From: Podarcis muralis
Lineage: Eukaryota
Assembly: GCF_964188315.1 (NCBI RefSeq)
Contig: NC_135657.1
Span: forward strand, 90,210,001-90,274,000
DNA length: 64,000 nt
Direction: 5' to 3'
Shown: piece by piece, positions 11,268-23,200 of the stretch
How positions within the stretch are numbered: the stretch's first letter is position 1
How the letters are laid out: each line of letters starts with the position of its first letter
Notes under the pieces: generated by a model
Database searches by the model: none
The model's input: only the letters and a program-made list of their open reading frames with translations
Told to the model about the DNA's origin: nothing
Translations under genes and position numbers: made by a program

Positions 11268-14200
11268 AGTTGATGAACCAAATGAGAAATTTGACTGTCT
11301 TAAAACATTTACCTAAAATCTCATTGCTTTTAGTGCCATTTTCATAAAAGAGCGTTCACTGTATGTGTCCAAATGCCTTTCTGGTCCCAGCAAAGAACGG
11401 CACTGCAGGTGTTTTTGCTCTGTAATTGATATGGATCATTTCCCTTCTATGCTCTCTCAATTGTTTTCTTTTAAAAAACCTGAGAACACTCTCCCTGACT
11501 ATAATAATCTAACGTTAGATTAAATCTTCCTGCTAGAATTCTTAACATTTTATAATTGGTATTCATCAGTGCTGTATTCCTGTGTGAGTCTATTGCTGAG
11601 ACATTTTTGTCACATTTCAGTGTTAGAATATTGTTCGCTTTCATCCAGGACACTGGTTTGTGTCCAGCAAAGTCCTTGTGCGAGTAGAAGTCATTTCACC
11701 TCCGCAATGAAACTTCTCCTCCATCTTCTTTCTCAAACTATTTTGGCACGAGATCCGGAACTTTGACCATTAGGTCAAAGACTCTTCTGTGAATTGAGGG
11801 ATATCACTGTATATATCTCAATAACTTAAAATGGCCCCATTTGGATGAAGATACCATGAGTTCATAAGATGAGGTATGCATGAAGCTTCCACCTGCATCC
11901 TCTGTGTGGTCAATTACCTTCCTTGCCTGCCATGTTTAACTGAGGAAACATTTAGCTAAACAGAGTTTTCCTTACACCCAATGTGGAAAACTATGTTTAG
12001 CAGTACAGTTGTACCTTGGTTCTTGAAGGAATCCATTCACGAAGTCTGTTCAACTTCCAAAAACGTTCAGAAACCAAGGCACAGCTTCTGATTGGCTGCA
12101 ATAGCTTCCTGCACTCAACCGGAAGCTGCAGAAACTGCGTCATATGTTCAGCTTCCAAAGAATGTTTGCAAACACTTACTTCTGGGTTTGCGGTGTTCAG
12201 GAGCCAAAACGTGTGCGTACCAAGGAGTTCGAGAACCTAGGTGTAGTGGTACCTTGGTTTGCAACCGCTTTGGATTACAACCACATCAAACCCGGAAGTG
12301 CGTGTCCCTTTTTTTGGATTACAACCAATTTTTGTGTGGAGGCCCCATTGGCGAAAGCGCACCTTGGGTTACAACCTGTTTTGGTCTACAACCGGACCTC
12401 CGGAATGGATCATGGTTGTAAACTAAGGTACCACTGTATGACTGTAATGGACAAACCAGGATCTTAAACCGAGGTATGAAGTTAGTTTAAGATTCTGACT
12501 TGTCTTACCGGCACATTTATTAACTTACGCCAGAACGGGGTCTATAATACAGTGGTACCTCGGGTTACAGATGCTTCAGGTTACAGACTCCGCTAATCCA
12601 GAAATAGTACCTCGGGTTAAGAACTTTGCTTCAGGATGAGAACAGAAATTGTGCAGCAGCTGCGCGGCGGCAGCAGGAGGCCCCATTAGCTAAAGTGGTG
12701 CTTCAGGTTAAGAACAGTTTCAGGTTAAGACGGACCTCCAGAATGGGTTAAGTTCTTAACCTGAGGTACCACTGTACTGTTTCTCCAACTTGATATTATT
12801 CTCATCTCTCAATATAGGGTTACCAACATGGTGCCCTCCAGATATCCCATCACCCCTTACTATTGAGCATGCTGCCTGGAGCTACTTTTGGGGCCTGAAA
12901 CGTATCAAGGGGACAAACTTGGCTAGCCTATCTTAGAAGTTCAGTAAGGAAAAGTAGAGCTTGAACAGCTGTTTGAGTAGAAAAGTTGCTTGCCTGCTCT
13001 CCACAAAAGAAAGAGGGAGAGAGCAAGTAGGTGTTGCATCCATGATCCTTTCATTCCCTCAGTTCCATTGGCTACTAAATTAAAGGTCATTCATGGTGCA
13101 GGAATCCAAGCTCAACCAACTCGAAGTATCTGGTCACTTGATGGCCTCAGGCTATCTGTCAACTTGTTTGGTTATTCTTTTTTTTGGTATTATTGACTCT
13201 CTTGTCCAGTCCTTTAAAAAGTTAATAATTCATAAGTGAGCTCAGACCTCCTTTTGTGGCCCTCAATGGAGCTCTAAGGTTCATTTGAAAGCTCTGCGTC
13301 TTGTTCTCTTAATATAGCTCCCATCTGCTTTGTGCTGCACCTCGCCTGCTCTGTGAAGAGTTGTTTAAAATTTTAAGCATGTGCTGCAATGATACATATG
13401 TCTTCTTTTGTTCTGTGGGAACAGGGTTTTTGTCTAACCTGATATGGCATCTTTACTCCAGCTTTCATTAAATCTCTCCCATCCTGAGACAAGACGCTTA
13501 AATTATAAATGATATTGTGGTGTCTGCTAGCGTTATGAACTCGAATGAATTCAGCTTGGGCCTTTTTCTAATCTTTACCCACCTGAGCTCCTCAACCCAG
13601 CAGCAGCAGGCAAATGCACAGGACGCTTCCATATGGCCGCTGTGTGTGGATTGGAGAGCTAAACCAACACTTGGGGTTAGAAAAGAACAAGGAGATAGCA
13701 TCTTGGACTCCCTTCTGAAGCCTGCCAGACGGGAAGGGAAGGCAGAAGGGGGGAAAGCCCCATATGCTCATTGTCATGGTCAATTTCTTCTCCATCAGTA
13801 AGGCTTTTTCCAACTTTGAGCTGCTGCCACAAGTTGGCAGAAGGAACTTTGCAAGTTAAACCAACAGCACAGACTTCTAAAGTAGATTTGACCTTTCTCG
13901 GGAACTTCCTCTAAGAAGCGGCACTGAAACCTAACTAAGCGCTGGAAGTATGGAATAACACTCCTACTGTTTGGAGGTGTTGCTTACAGTTTCCGGCCCA
14001 TGTAAAGCCTCCAGATGTCAAATCTTTGCTGCTAGAAGGACAACACCTCTGCAGTATATCTCCCTCTCGTCAAAAGCCTTGCGCTAATCCCCAGTGCCTT
14101 CCAGTTTGGGAATCACTGACATATGCATTGAATATCCCTAAGTGTCTAGGAGATTTGTGGCGATGGTGATTTGGGGCAATCTCAAGGGAGGCAGAACTTG

Positions 14201-17200
14201 TGGCAGGGTTGAATGGTTTGCTGTCACCATTTATTGCTAATGGGAGTAAGTTCACACTGGCTCTTTAACTGTTGGACTTTGTCCTCTTGCTAGAGTTTGC
14301 CCTTGACCATTGGTGGCATGCTTAAATTGAGAATGGGCGGTCCTCTAGTTCTTGCTGGACTACTGCCACCCCTGATGATTGGCATATTGACTGGGGCTGG
14401 TAGGATTTGGGAGCAGGGAACTGTAGAGGGAAAGAGGAATTAGTGAAAATCACATCCACTCCCTTTCCATCAGTGCAAACTGCCCATTAGAGGAGTTGAG
14501 TTCACAGGATCTCCTAGTATAATCAGCAAGAAGAGTAAAACTTTAAACCCTACTAAATGTAGGAATTGATGTTCATATTACACCATTCATTTCTCTTTAT
14601 TAGTTCCCCTACCAATTTTGGTTTGGACTGTTTCTCTTCTTAACCATTGCCATTAAGTTAACTACTGTTTTTGTGAACCTGTTATGACTTTTACTCAGTA
14701 CCATAAAAGAAACACTAAAGGATCTAAGAGTAGAATAAAATCAGCTATAAATTGCTTCTCTCACGTCTTTCCAATAAGATGTAGATAATGCATGCACCAC
14801 AATTAAATATTATCTTCAATTTCTGCATTTTGGAATCTCCAAAAATAATTCCATGGTAACCTTTACTTAAGACTTGTCAAGATGGAATGCTTTATGCTGC
14901 TAGCTCAGACCAGTTCTGTACCTGATTTCTTTCAAGTTTTGGATGTAGCATTAAAGCTAACCCGTATTTTATAGTTAACTATAAATACAGGTTAGCATCA
15001 TGTGCATCTGTTTCTTTCACACAGCAAATGAAATCTCTCAAGACCAGCTTGTTGCCCATTTCTTCTCTAACAAAAGGATTCGTTTAACACCTCTTAGCTT
15101 TTTCCTTGAACAGTTATTTGTTCCCCAAAATAATTTAGTTTCTTTTTATGGCAGTGTCTGCTGCAGAAACTTGAGCTGCTAAAACAAAGCATGACACTTT
15201 GCAATTACTGAATCCGTTTTTGTTGTTGTTGATCTATAATAGTTATGAGTATTTGGGGGTGGGGGGTGGGTAAAACCATTTCTTTACAAACTTCTATATA
15301 TAATTTCACCACTAGATGGTGATATTTTGCCAACTGAAATAAAATATGCGTAATCTGGCTTTTTATTTAAAGATTTTATTTGGGTAAAATAATGCTCATA
15401 CACCCCTATTTCACATTTGTTTTTATCTGAAGAGGATTTCTGGAAGAAGAAAAAAGAATTAAAGCAGGCAATTACTTTGAAATATATCCCGCTAGGTGAA
15501 TTCACAGTGCAATCCTGTGCATAGTGTAAGTCCCATAGTGTTAGTTCACGGAGACTTACTCCCAGGTAGGTGTTTACAGGATTGCGGCCTTGGAGGTTTA
15601 AAAATATTTTTAAATCCACATGATTTTTCTTCCCCTTGCTCTGAGTAGCGGTTTGAAGTAGTAAATGTTATGACTGATACGCCCAAGTGTGGAATTATTG
15701 CTATAAATATTTCAGCAGTTGTCAGGTCATCGCAGATGGCAAGTGCCTGTTTTCATTTATTTATTTCAGAAATTGCAAACTGCTTCTCAACAAATATATA
15801 TATATGGGCAAATACAACATCCCTGCTCTGCTAGTGGAAAGTTAACACAAGGGCTAGATAGCTCAGTGGATTAGAGCGTGGTGCTGATAACTCCAAGGTT
15901 GCAGGTTCGGTCCCTGTTTGTGGCTGCTGCATATTCCTGTATTGCAGGGGCTTGGATCTTGACGGAGCCTCCCAACTCTGATTCTGTGACCCTGTGACTC
16001 CCGCTAGTGCAGTGGAACTTCCTCTCCCCCTTTGTTCCTTCCCCAAATCCACCCTGGAGGGTAGAGAAAAAAAACCCAGAACAGCAAGGGGGCCCAAGAG
16101 AGGGGAGATTCCCTCTGGTGGTCAAGGAGAAATCCTTGTGCTGATTGAACAATCCTAGGGCTGTCATATGTCCCAGACAGTACCTGGATTTTAAAGGCGC
16201 AATTGACGTACAGGGTGAATTAGCAAAAGGTGTCGCTGCGTCCCGCAACTTTGGAAAAATCAATCAAAAAATTGTGGGGTGTAAAAAAACAAAAACGCAA
16301 CTCAACAATTTTGGTGGTTTCCTTAAGAAAAGCTCAACAACTTTGGGGTCTTCCTATTTTTACTTTTTGAAACCCTAAGCAGTCCCCTTAGCGCTGCATT
16401 GAAACCTGCCCATTACATATAATATAATAGACATGGTAATCTTAAAAGAAAGAAACTTGCTGCAATTCATTGTAAAGCGATTGCTCATTGCTCAGAACAG
16501 AGTTGGAGCATGCCAAACTCAAGATTCAATTCCTCTTGCTTGCGATAGGCTTTTGATCGTCGGTGGCTGCGAAATGGATGGCGAGGGATCCGGCGTGTCC
16601 AAAGCAAGTAGCTGTGGTCTGTCGGCGTGGAGAGTTCTTTCAGGATCCCCCTATTACAAGCCGGTTACGAGTTACGAAGATGATATCGGGACCGTGAGTA
16701 GCACTGCTATCATCTCATAGGATCATTTGAGCATACGTCTATTGGCCCTAAAGCTGCAGATCTCATTTTTATTCTTTGCATTAGCAAAGGTTTCACATGT
16801 GTCGCCTTCCGTTTTAATATAAAGGCAGACCAGACAATGCTTCTTCCTCGTTCTAACATTTCCAGATGTTGAAAAAGCTGACATGTATCATCAGCAAGCT
16901 CACAGAATGTTGCTGTTACTTCATGGGGGAACTGAAATTCTGAATTCTTCCTCCTCACCTATTTTTATCAAACATAGGGGAAAGAGCTAGCCTTCAAATT
17001 CCACACCCACCAACAGTCTGCACAAGAGACTGGTTTCATTGTATGGCCCTATTGCTTTTGTATATTGTATATTTTGTATATTGGGCTACACCCTTGTATA
17101 CACACATCTAGTAGTGAGCTCCACTGAACACAAAGGGTATTTACTTTTCAGGAGGCATGCACAGAATTGTGTTGCTGGGAGAATTTCTGTTTCTGTTGCC

Positions 17201-20200
17201 TACCTTGCCCCGTCTGCGGCTGGAAAAAAAACATCCCCCCACCCCCATTTATGTGGCATAAATGAAGTACACCTTGTGTACCTGGTGGTCAAATGTGAAG
17301 CTGTGGTTTTCGCTGCCTTCCTGATCTCAGGTTTATTCTTGACAACTGGTTGGTTAAAACGCTCTAGGCAACAAATACCCAGAACCCCTGTTCTAGCTTA
17401 TATCATTCAGAATCTTTTTGAAATATTTGCACCCAGAGCTACTTTTCTAGAAAAAGAGGTGCTGGACCCCTCACCATGAACGCTTCCCTTGTTCTCTTAT
17501 AATGGCAATGGTGCCCACCTGAGAGGTGGTGGAACTGAGTTCTGGCTGAAAAAAGACTCGTTTCCCCCTATTTTAGAGGAATGTTACTGTATTATTTGTT
17601 GCTTCCATGATTTGCTTTAGCTTCTGACAAAGAAAACACTTGCACACACATGAGTGTGTGTGTGTGTTATAAACACATACATACATACATACATGAGGTT
17701 AATTTGATATGGTTCCTTTTTTTTAACAGGCCAAGAGAAGGTCATTGTTCAAGATTAGGTCTCTCAACTTTTACAGTAGACAAGGAAGAGAACAGGTAAC
17801 AGAGGATGTATATATATATATATATATATCAGTACATTATGCTTTTGTGAGACACATGTCAAAGGCAACTTTTGCGTCAGAGGTGGCAGTTCTGCAGCAC
17901 TCAAGATTTTATTGGGACTCCCAACTCCCAGCCAGCATGGCCAATGGCCAATATTTATTTGTCAATATGTGGTTTGTCTGTGGTGGTGACCTCTAAAACC
18001 TGCACCTCTACCTCTGTTTGTTCCATATCTGAGCACAACCAAATAATTCTGTTTCCAGCAGCCCCCAGTGGTAGAAAAGAAAGCTGTTTCCACCGATTGT
18101 CACATGCCTGGTTGGGTGGAGGTGCTGGATTGAAGCCAACAGAGTCCTACTCAGAGTAGACCAATTGAAATTAATGGTCGTGGCAAACTGAACTTCATTT
18201 CAGTGGCTCTGCTCTGACTTAAAATTTAATTAAACATGATCCGTTCTCTCCAGATCTCCACACAGTAATTGTAGGGAATTCCTTGGGAGGTTGTAATTAC
18301 AGTACATATATTGGACATTCATAAATAACAGTAATAACAGAAGATTTTGTTGCCTTTGCCCTTTTGCACAAAACCCACATTTTCAAAAGAATCGTGAATG
18401 AAAATGGCTATTGCCTCCCCGTCCCTCACTTTGCTCCTTGTGGCTGGGTAAGGCTTGTACTCTTGCACACTTCCTCAGCTTTTTTAAAAAAGTGTGTATG
18501 TGTGAACTCAGGTACAGAAATTCCTGTGCGCATACCCAAAATGAAAATAAAGGTTGTTGAGGATGGGTGAGTGTTTGCAGGAAATGATGGGAAAACGCAG
18601 CTCAGATGTGGATGGCAAGCGGCAGAGTGGTAATTAATATAATGACTAAAAAAAATGGGAATGTGAAGAACGTCACGTGCCAAATGTGTACATAGAAAAA
18701 AATATCTGAAAGACTTACTTGTGATATAGCATCTCCTTCTGGAAGCACCTATCATAAGGTGTGTGGTGACATTTGTCTCCTTTCTCTCCCAACTTGTTTG
18801 TCTGTGTGGTGATAGCTGCTCATGGTGGCAGCTGCATTTCCTCCTGTGACCATCCAGAGTGAGGTCAATGCAATACAGGAAGCATTGCCCTTGCTCTGAA
18901 TTGGCTGTGTGCTTCCCTCAGTGATGTCACAGTGTCAAATCTGATTGGATATTAGGCAACATGATGTCATGAGATCCTCCTTTGCAGGGGCAGGGAACCT
19001 GTGGCCTTCCTGAGGCCTTTGGACTCCAGCTCCCATCAGCTCTAGCCAACTTGGCCAACGATCAGGAATGATGGGAGCTGTATTCCTGCAACACATTTCA
19101 TTCTCTATTGGCTGTATTATGTTGTGAGGAAGAAGCCTAGTGGAAAACAAAAAACAGCGCTGAAACAGCAGCCAAATGGGGCAGGGAATAGTGGGTGAAT
19201 AGCTTCACTGTGTGCTGAAAATGTTTGCCTGAAAACATTTGGCACCGTGCTAAAACACCCTCAGTTTCTTACATTTTAGTCAGCCTAGTATTTTATATTC
19301 TAGAAATTAATGGCAGGAGTCCATTACTCTTTGGAATGATTCACTCATCTCTTTCCCATTTCTTACTCATAAATACATTTGACAGCATTTGCAACTCTTT
19401 TATATTATTTTAAAAATGTCTTATAGCCTAGTTTTTAAAATTATGTGGATCTTTCCCTCTCAGTATTTCATCCAAGTAGTTTCTAGCAATAAGAAGACAT
19501 GACTTATCATTAAAAGCCACTGTGAGTTCTGATTGGTTTATATTTTGTCCATTGTTTGCATGACACAGATTTGACGTGTTGCCCACAGACTCCCCCCCCC
19601 CCCCTTAGCCAACAACCTTACATTCCCCTGAGTGTCCTGCTACTTCACGTCTATCCTGTCCCAGCTGATGGGTGATTGAATGGAACTTCCAAGAAACTGT
19701 ATTTAGGATTCAAGCGCCACTCTGTTATCCACTTAACTGCATCACAGTTTATGACCCCCAAATTTATCATCCTCTAAATGTCTTGGGCTTCAACTCCCAG
19801 CACCCCAAACCATTGACCATGGTTTCTGGGACCATGGTTTGTGGTCCAAAATATCTGGAGAGCATCAGGTTGGGAAAGGCTGGGCTACATCTTGAAGGTC
19901 CTTTACAGCTTAAGGACTGCATTCATCCATGGCCAACCCTTTAAGGACTCCCAGACTCAAAAATGGTGGGATCTTGGGATGTCAAATCAGGCCCTCAAAC
20001 TAGGAGTTAGCCACACTTGTTATACACACTTACCTGGAAGTAATACCCATTCATACAACTGCCCTACTGGTTTCAGGAATTGTGGTTCTTACTTGATGCT
20101 TCTATGCATCTGTTGTACAAATTCTAAGGAGCACTTCATGTTTTATAAGATCTGGGAAGTGTGCAAAGGGAAGATACATTGAAAATGGGGGGGGGGGATG

Positions 20201-23200
20201 AGGGCTACGAGCTTAATGCTTCTTCGAAATGCATTTGCTTTTAACCACTGATCAAAATCTTGCGCAGGATGGTGTTTTCAAGATGAGCCTTTCTCCAGAT
20301 GGGACTCGCCTAGCAGCTATTCACTTTAGTGGAAAATTGACTATCTGGGGAATCCCTTCTCTAAGACAACAAGGAGAATGGGAGCAGAGCGACCAGGTAT
20401 GTGATGATTAACAGTTTCTAAATACTGGAATGTATTTGTAGCTATAGATAGCTTAAATGAAACTTGTATGACATTTCTTGTCACCTCCTTTTTTCTGCTT
20501 TTTAAATGGTGGCATTTATTTTTTTTAGCATGCCCAAAATGCTAAAAGACTTATATGCCTTTTTATATGCACAACATATTTGTTCATTATCAAGAAATGG
20601 TGCTTTTTAGCCATTGGAATGGTTATCCATATGGAAACTGAATCAATTGTAGACAATCCTACACATGCCTACTCTGGAATAAGACCCATTACTCACAGCT
20701 AAGTGTGTCTAGGTTCGCTTAAAACTCACTTGATCAATTAACTAAAATTTCTTTAATTGGATAACATACCCACTACAGTTGCTATTTTTTATAATCATCT
20801 ATCTACATTATGCAGCTGCTAGGGTCATTTGAGCTATGTGCTACAATGCGTAAAGATTAATATTGGCAAAAAATATTTGCAGCTGAGCTGAATTTACAGC
20901 CTGGTATATCTTACAACATGGTAACATCATTAATCTTAAGATGATTGTATTCAAATCCGTTTGTTGTATACCTGGAAAGACAAAAGAGAGATGCACACAG
21001 GAATGTAGACCAAGGTTCGAATCAGTATTATTTGTTTAATCACTTCTTCCCCAGAAACACTTCTTGGAGTATCGGAACATATGATTCATTCCTTGTTTTG
21101 CTTCTCGTTACTTCGTGGTTTATTGTCCCCCCCAAAAAACAATGCTCAGTTGTGTCCCATATACTCTATATAATATTTTAAAATTGAAATAATTTAATCT
21201 GATTTATAGAGATGTAGTTTTAATATTAATATGTGCACACACACGGTTTGGAGGAAGTGTTCTCTGCCTTTGTGCTCAGCTCAGCAGTACTTCCCTCTCT
21301 GTGTTTGTGTCTGTATGTGGGGTTAGGTTTTTTTTTCCAAATCTCCATGGGTAGGCAAACTAAGGCCCGGGGGTTGGAGCCAGCCCAGTCGTCTTCAGAA
21401 TCCGGCCCGCAGACGGTCCTGGAATCAGCGTGTTTTTACACGAGTAGAACGTGTCCTTTTATTTAAAATGCATCTCTGGGTTATTTGCGGGGCATAGGAA
21501 TTTGTTTACCCCCCCCCAAATAATAATAGTCCGACCCCCCCCACAAGGTCTAAGGGACAGTGGACCGGCCCCCTGCTGAAAAAGTTTGCTGACCCCTGTC
21601 CTTGCATATATATCTTGTCATAGCAAGATAGAAATTTGCAGTCATTAAAGCTTTGGAATTGGTTCCCAATAATACAGTGGCACCTCGGGTTACATACGCT
21701 TCAGGTTACAGACTCCACTAACCCAGAAATAGTACCTCGGGTTAAGAACTTTGCTTCAGGGTGAGAACAGAAATCGTGTTCCGGCGGCGCGGCAGCAGCA
21801 GGAGGCCCCATTAGCTAAAGTGGTGCTTCAGGTTAAGAACAGTTTCAGGTTAAGAACGGACCTCCAGAACGAATTACGTTCTTAACCAGAGGTATCACTG
21901 TACACAGACCGCTGAATGCATATTGCAGCTAAAAAAAAAGTTAGATGGCATCGTCTTGTTAAGTGACTGGGGTGGGTGGGAATCCTAGCTGAAGTAAAAA
22001 GGGAGCTCTATTTCATATTTAGTGTTGTTGTAATAGATGATTCAGACTACAGTAGAAATTTTGTTGGCAGTGGTAGAAGCTTCCTTCATTTTTTTAAAGG
22101 CTTCCTTCATTGTATATATTTATTGCATTGTACCAGTGTTTTGATTGAAATGGTGGTTCAAGAACAAACAGTTTTGGGAATTATGGGGACAGCTACCCAA
22201 ACTGTATAGAATTTTTTTCATGTATGCAACTACAGCGGTAAGAATGTTACTTGCCAAAAAATGGAATGAAGAAGTCCCACTGCAAAAAGAACGGATACAA
22301 AAACTTATGGAATATGCAGAAATGGTGGAACTTACTGGAAAAATAAGAAATCAAGATAACAAACTTTTTATAAAAGAATGGAAATGGTTTACAAAAAAAC
22401 CTCTAAACAGATAAGAACATTGACAGAATTACTGTAATAACCTGCAGTTTTATAGGAGTATATATTTAAAGTAGATGAATAAATGAGTAAGTTAATTTGG
22501 AATATGGAGAAAATATAAAAAATAAATTTAAGGAACTGCAGAAAGAGGGGGAAGGAAGTTGAGTTTCAAAATGTTAAAATGATTGTAGAATTATTGAAAT
22601 GTATAAAATTGAAAACCATAAATATATATTTTTTTAAAAAAAGAACAAGCAGTTTGTGGAATCCAGGACTGACTATTTAAAGTAATAGAAGAATCCTGGC
22701 TTTTAACTTCCAATGAAATTGGATCCCAGTTCATGTATTACACTTCGGTCATCTTTCTGACAGTGTGAATTGCTTGAGATCGGAAATTGTCATGTGTTCT
22801 AATCATGCAGAAGTAATAATTTGAAAATGGGGCCTGATGGCCTTGCTAGCTTGAGTGATATTCCGTTCTGTCTTTCTCCCTTACCACCCCACTTGCTTCC
22901 GCGGCACCTTCTTAATGTTCAATCCAATACAAGGAAAGTTTTCAAAACGATGGCTCCACTTGTTCAGAAGTCATAACACACTGCTTGTTGGTAGTTTTGT
23001 TTATAGTGTACATATGAATATGTATAAAACTTAATTGGAGGTTTTCTTTTTCTTTTAGCCGGGCTATGATGAAATCAAACCGGAATGGCGACTCTCTCTT
23101 GAGAAACGGAAGAAAATCAAAGGTTGGAGGCATAGTGTAGTTTCGTGTGTGTGTGTGCGTGTTTGTGTGTGTGTGTCTGTGTGTGTGTGAGAGAGAGAGA

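Noticed and set aside
14373-14400. Additional hammerhead cores at other CTGANGA sites (for example 14373 and 32942)
   Set aside because: No stem II followed by GAAA and no stem I pairing.
15852-15925. Functional tRNA-Ile(GAT) gene
   Set aside because: The stems are degenerate and it is fused to a CR1-type tail, so it is a SINE head.
17039-17479. 146-aa intronic ORF
   Set aside because: It has a non-ATG start and no recognisable domain; composition is that of intronic DNA.
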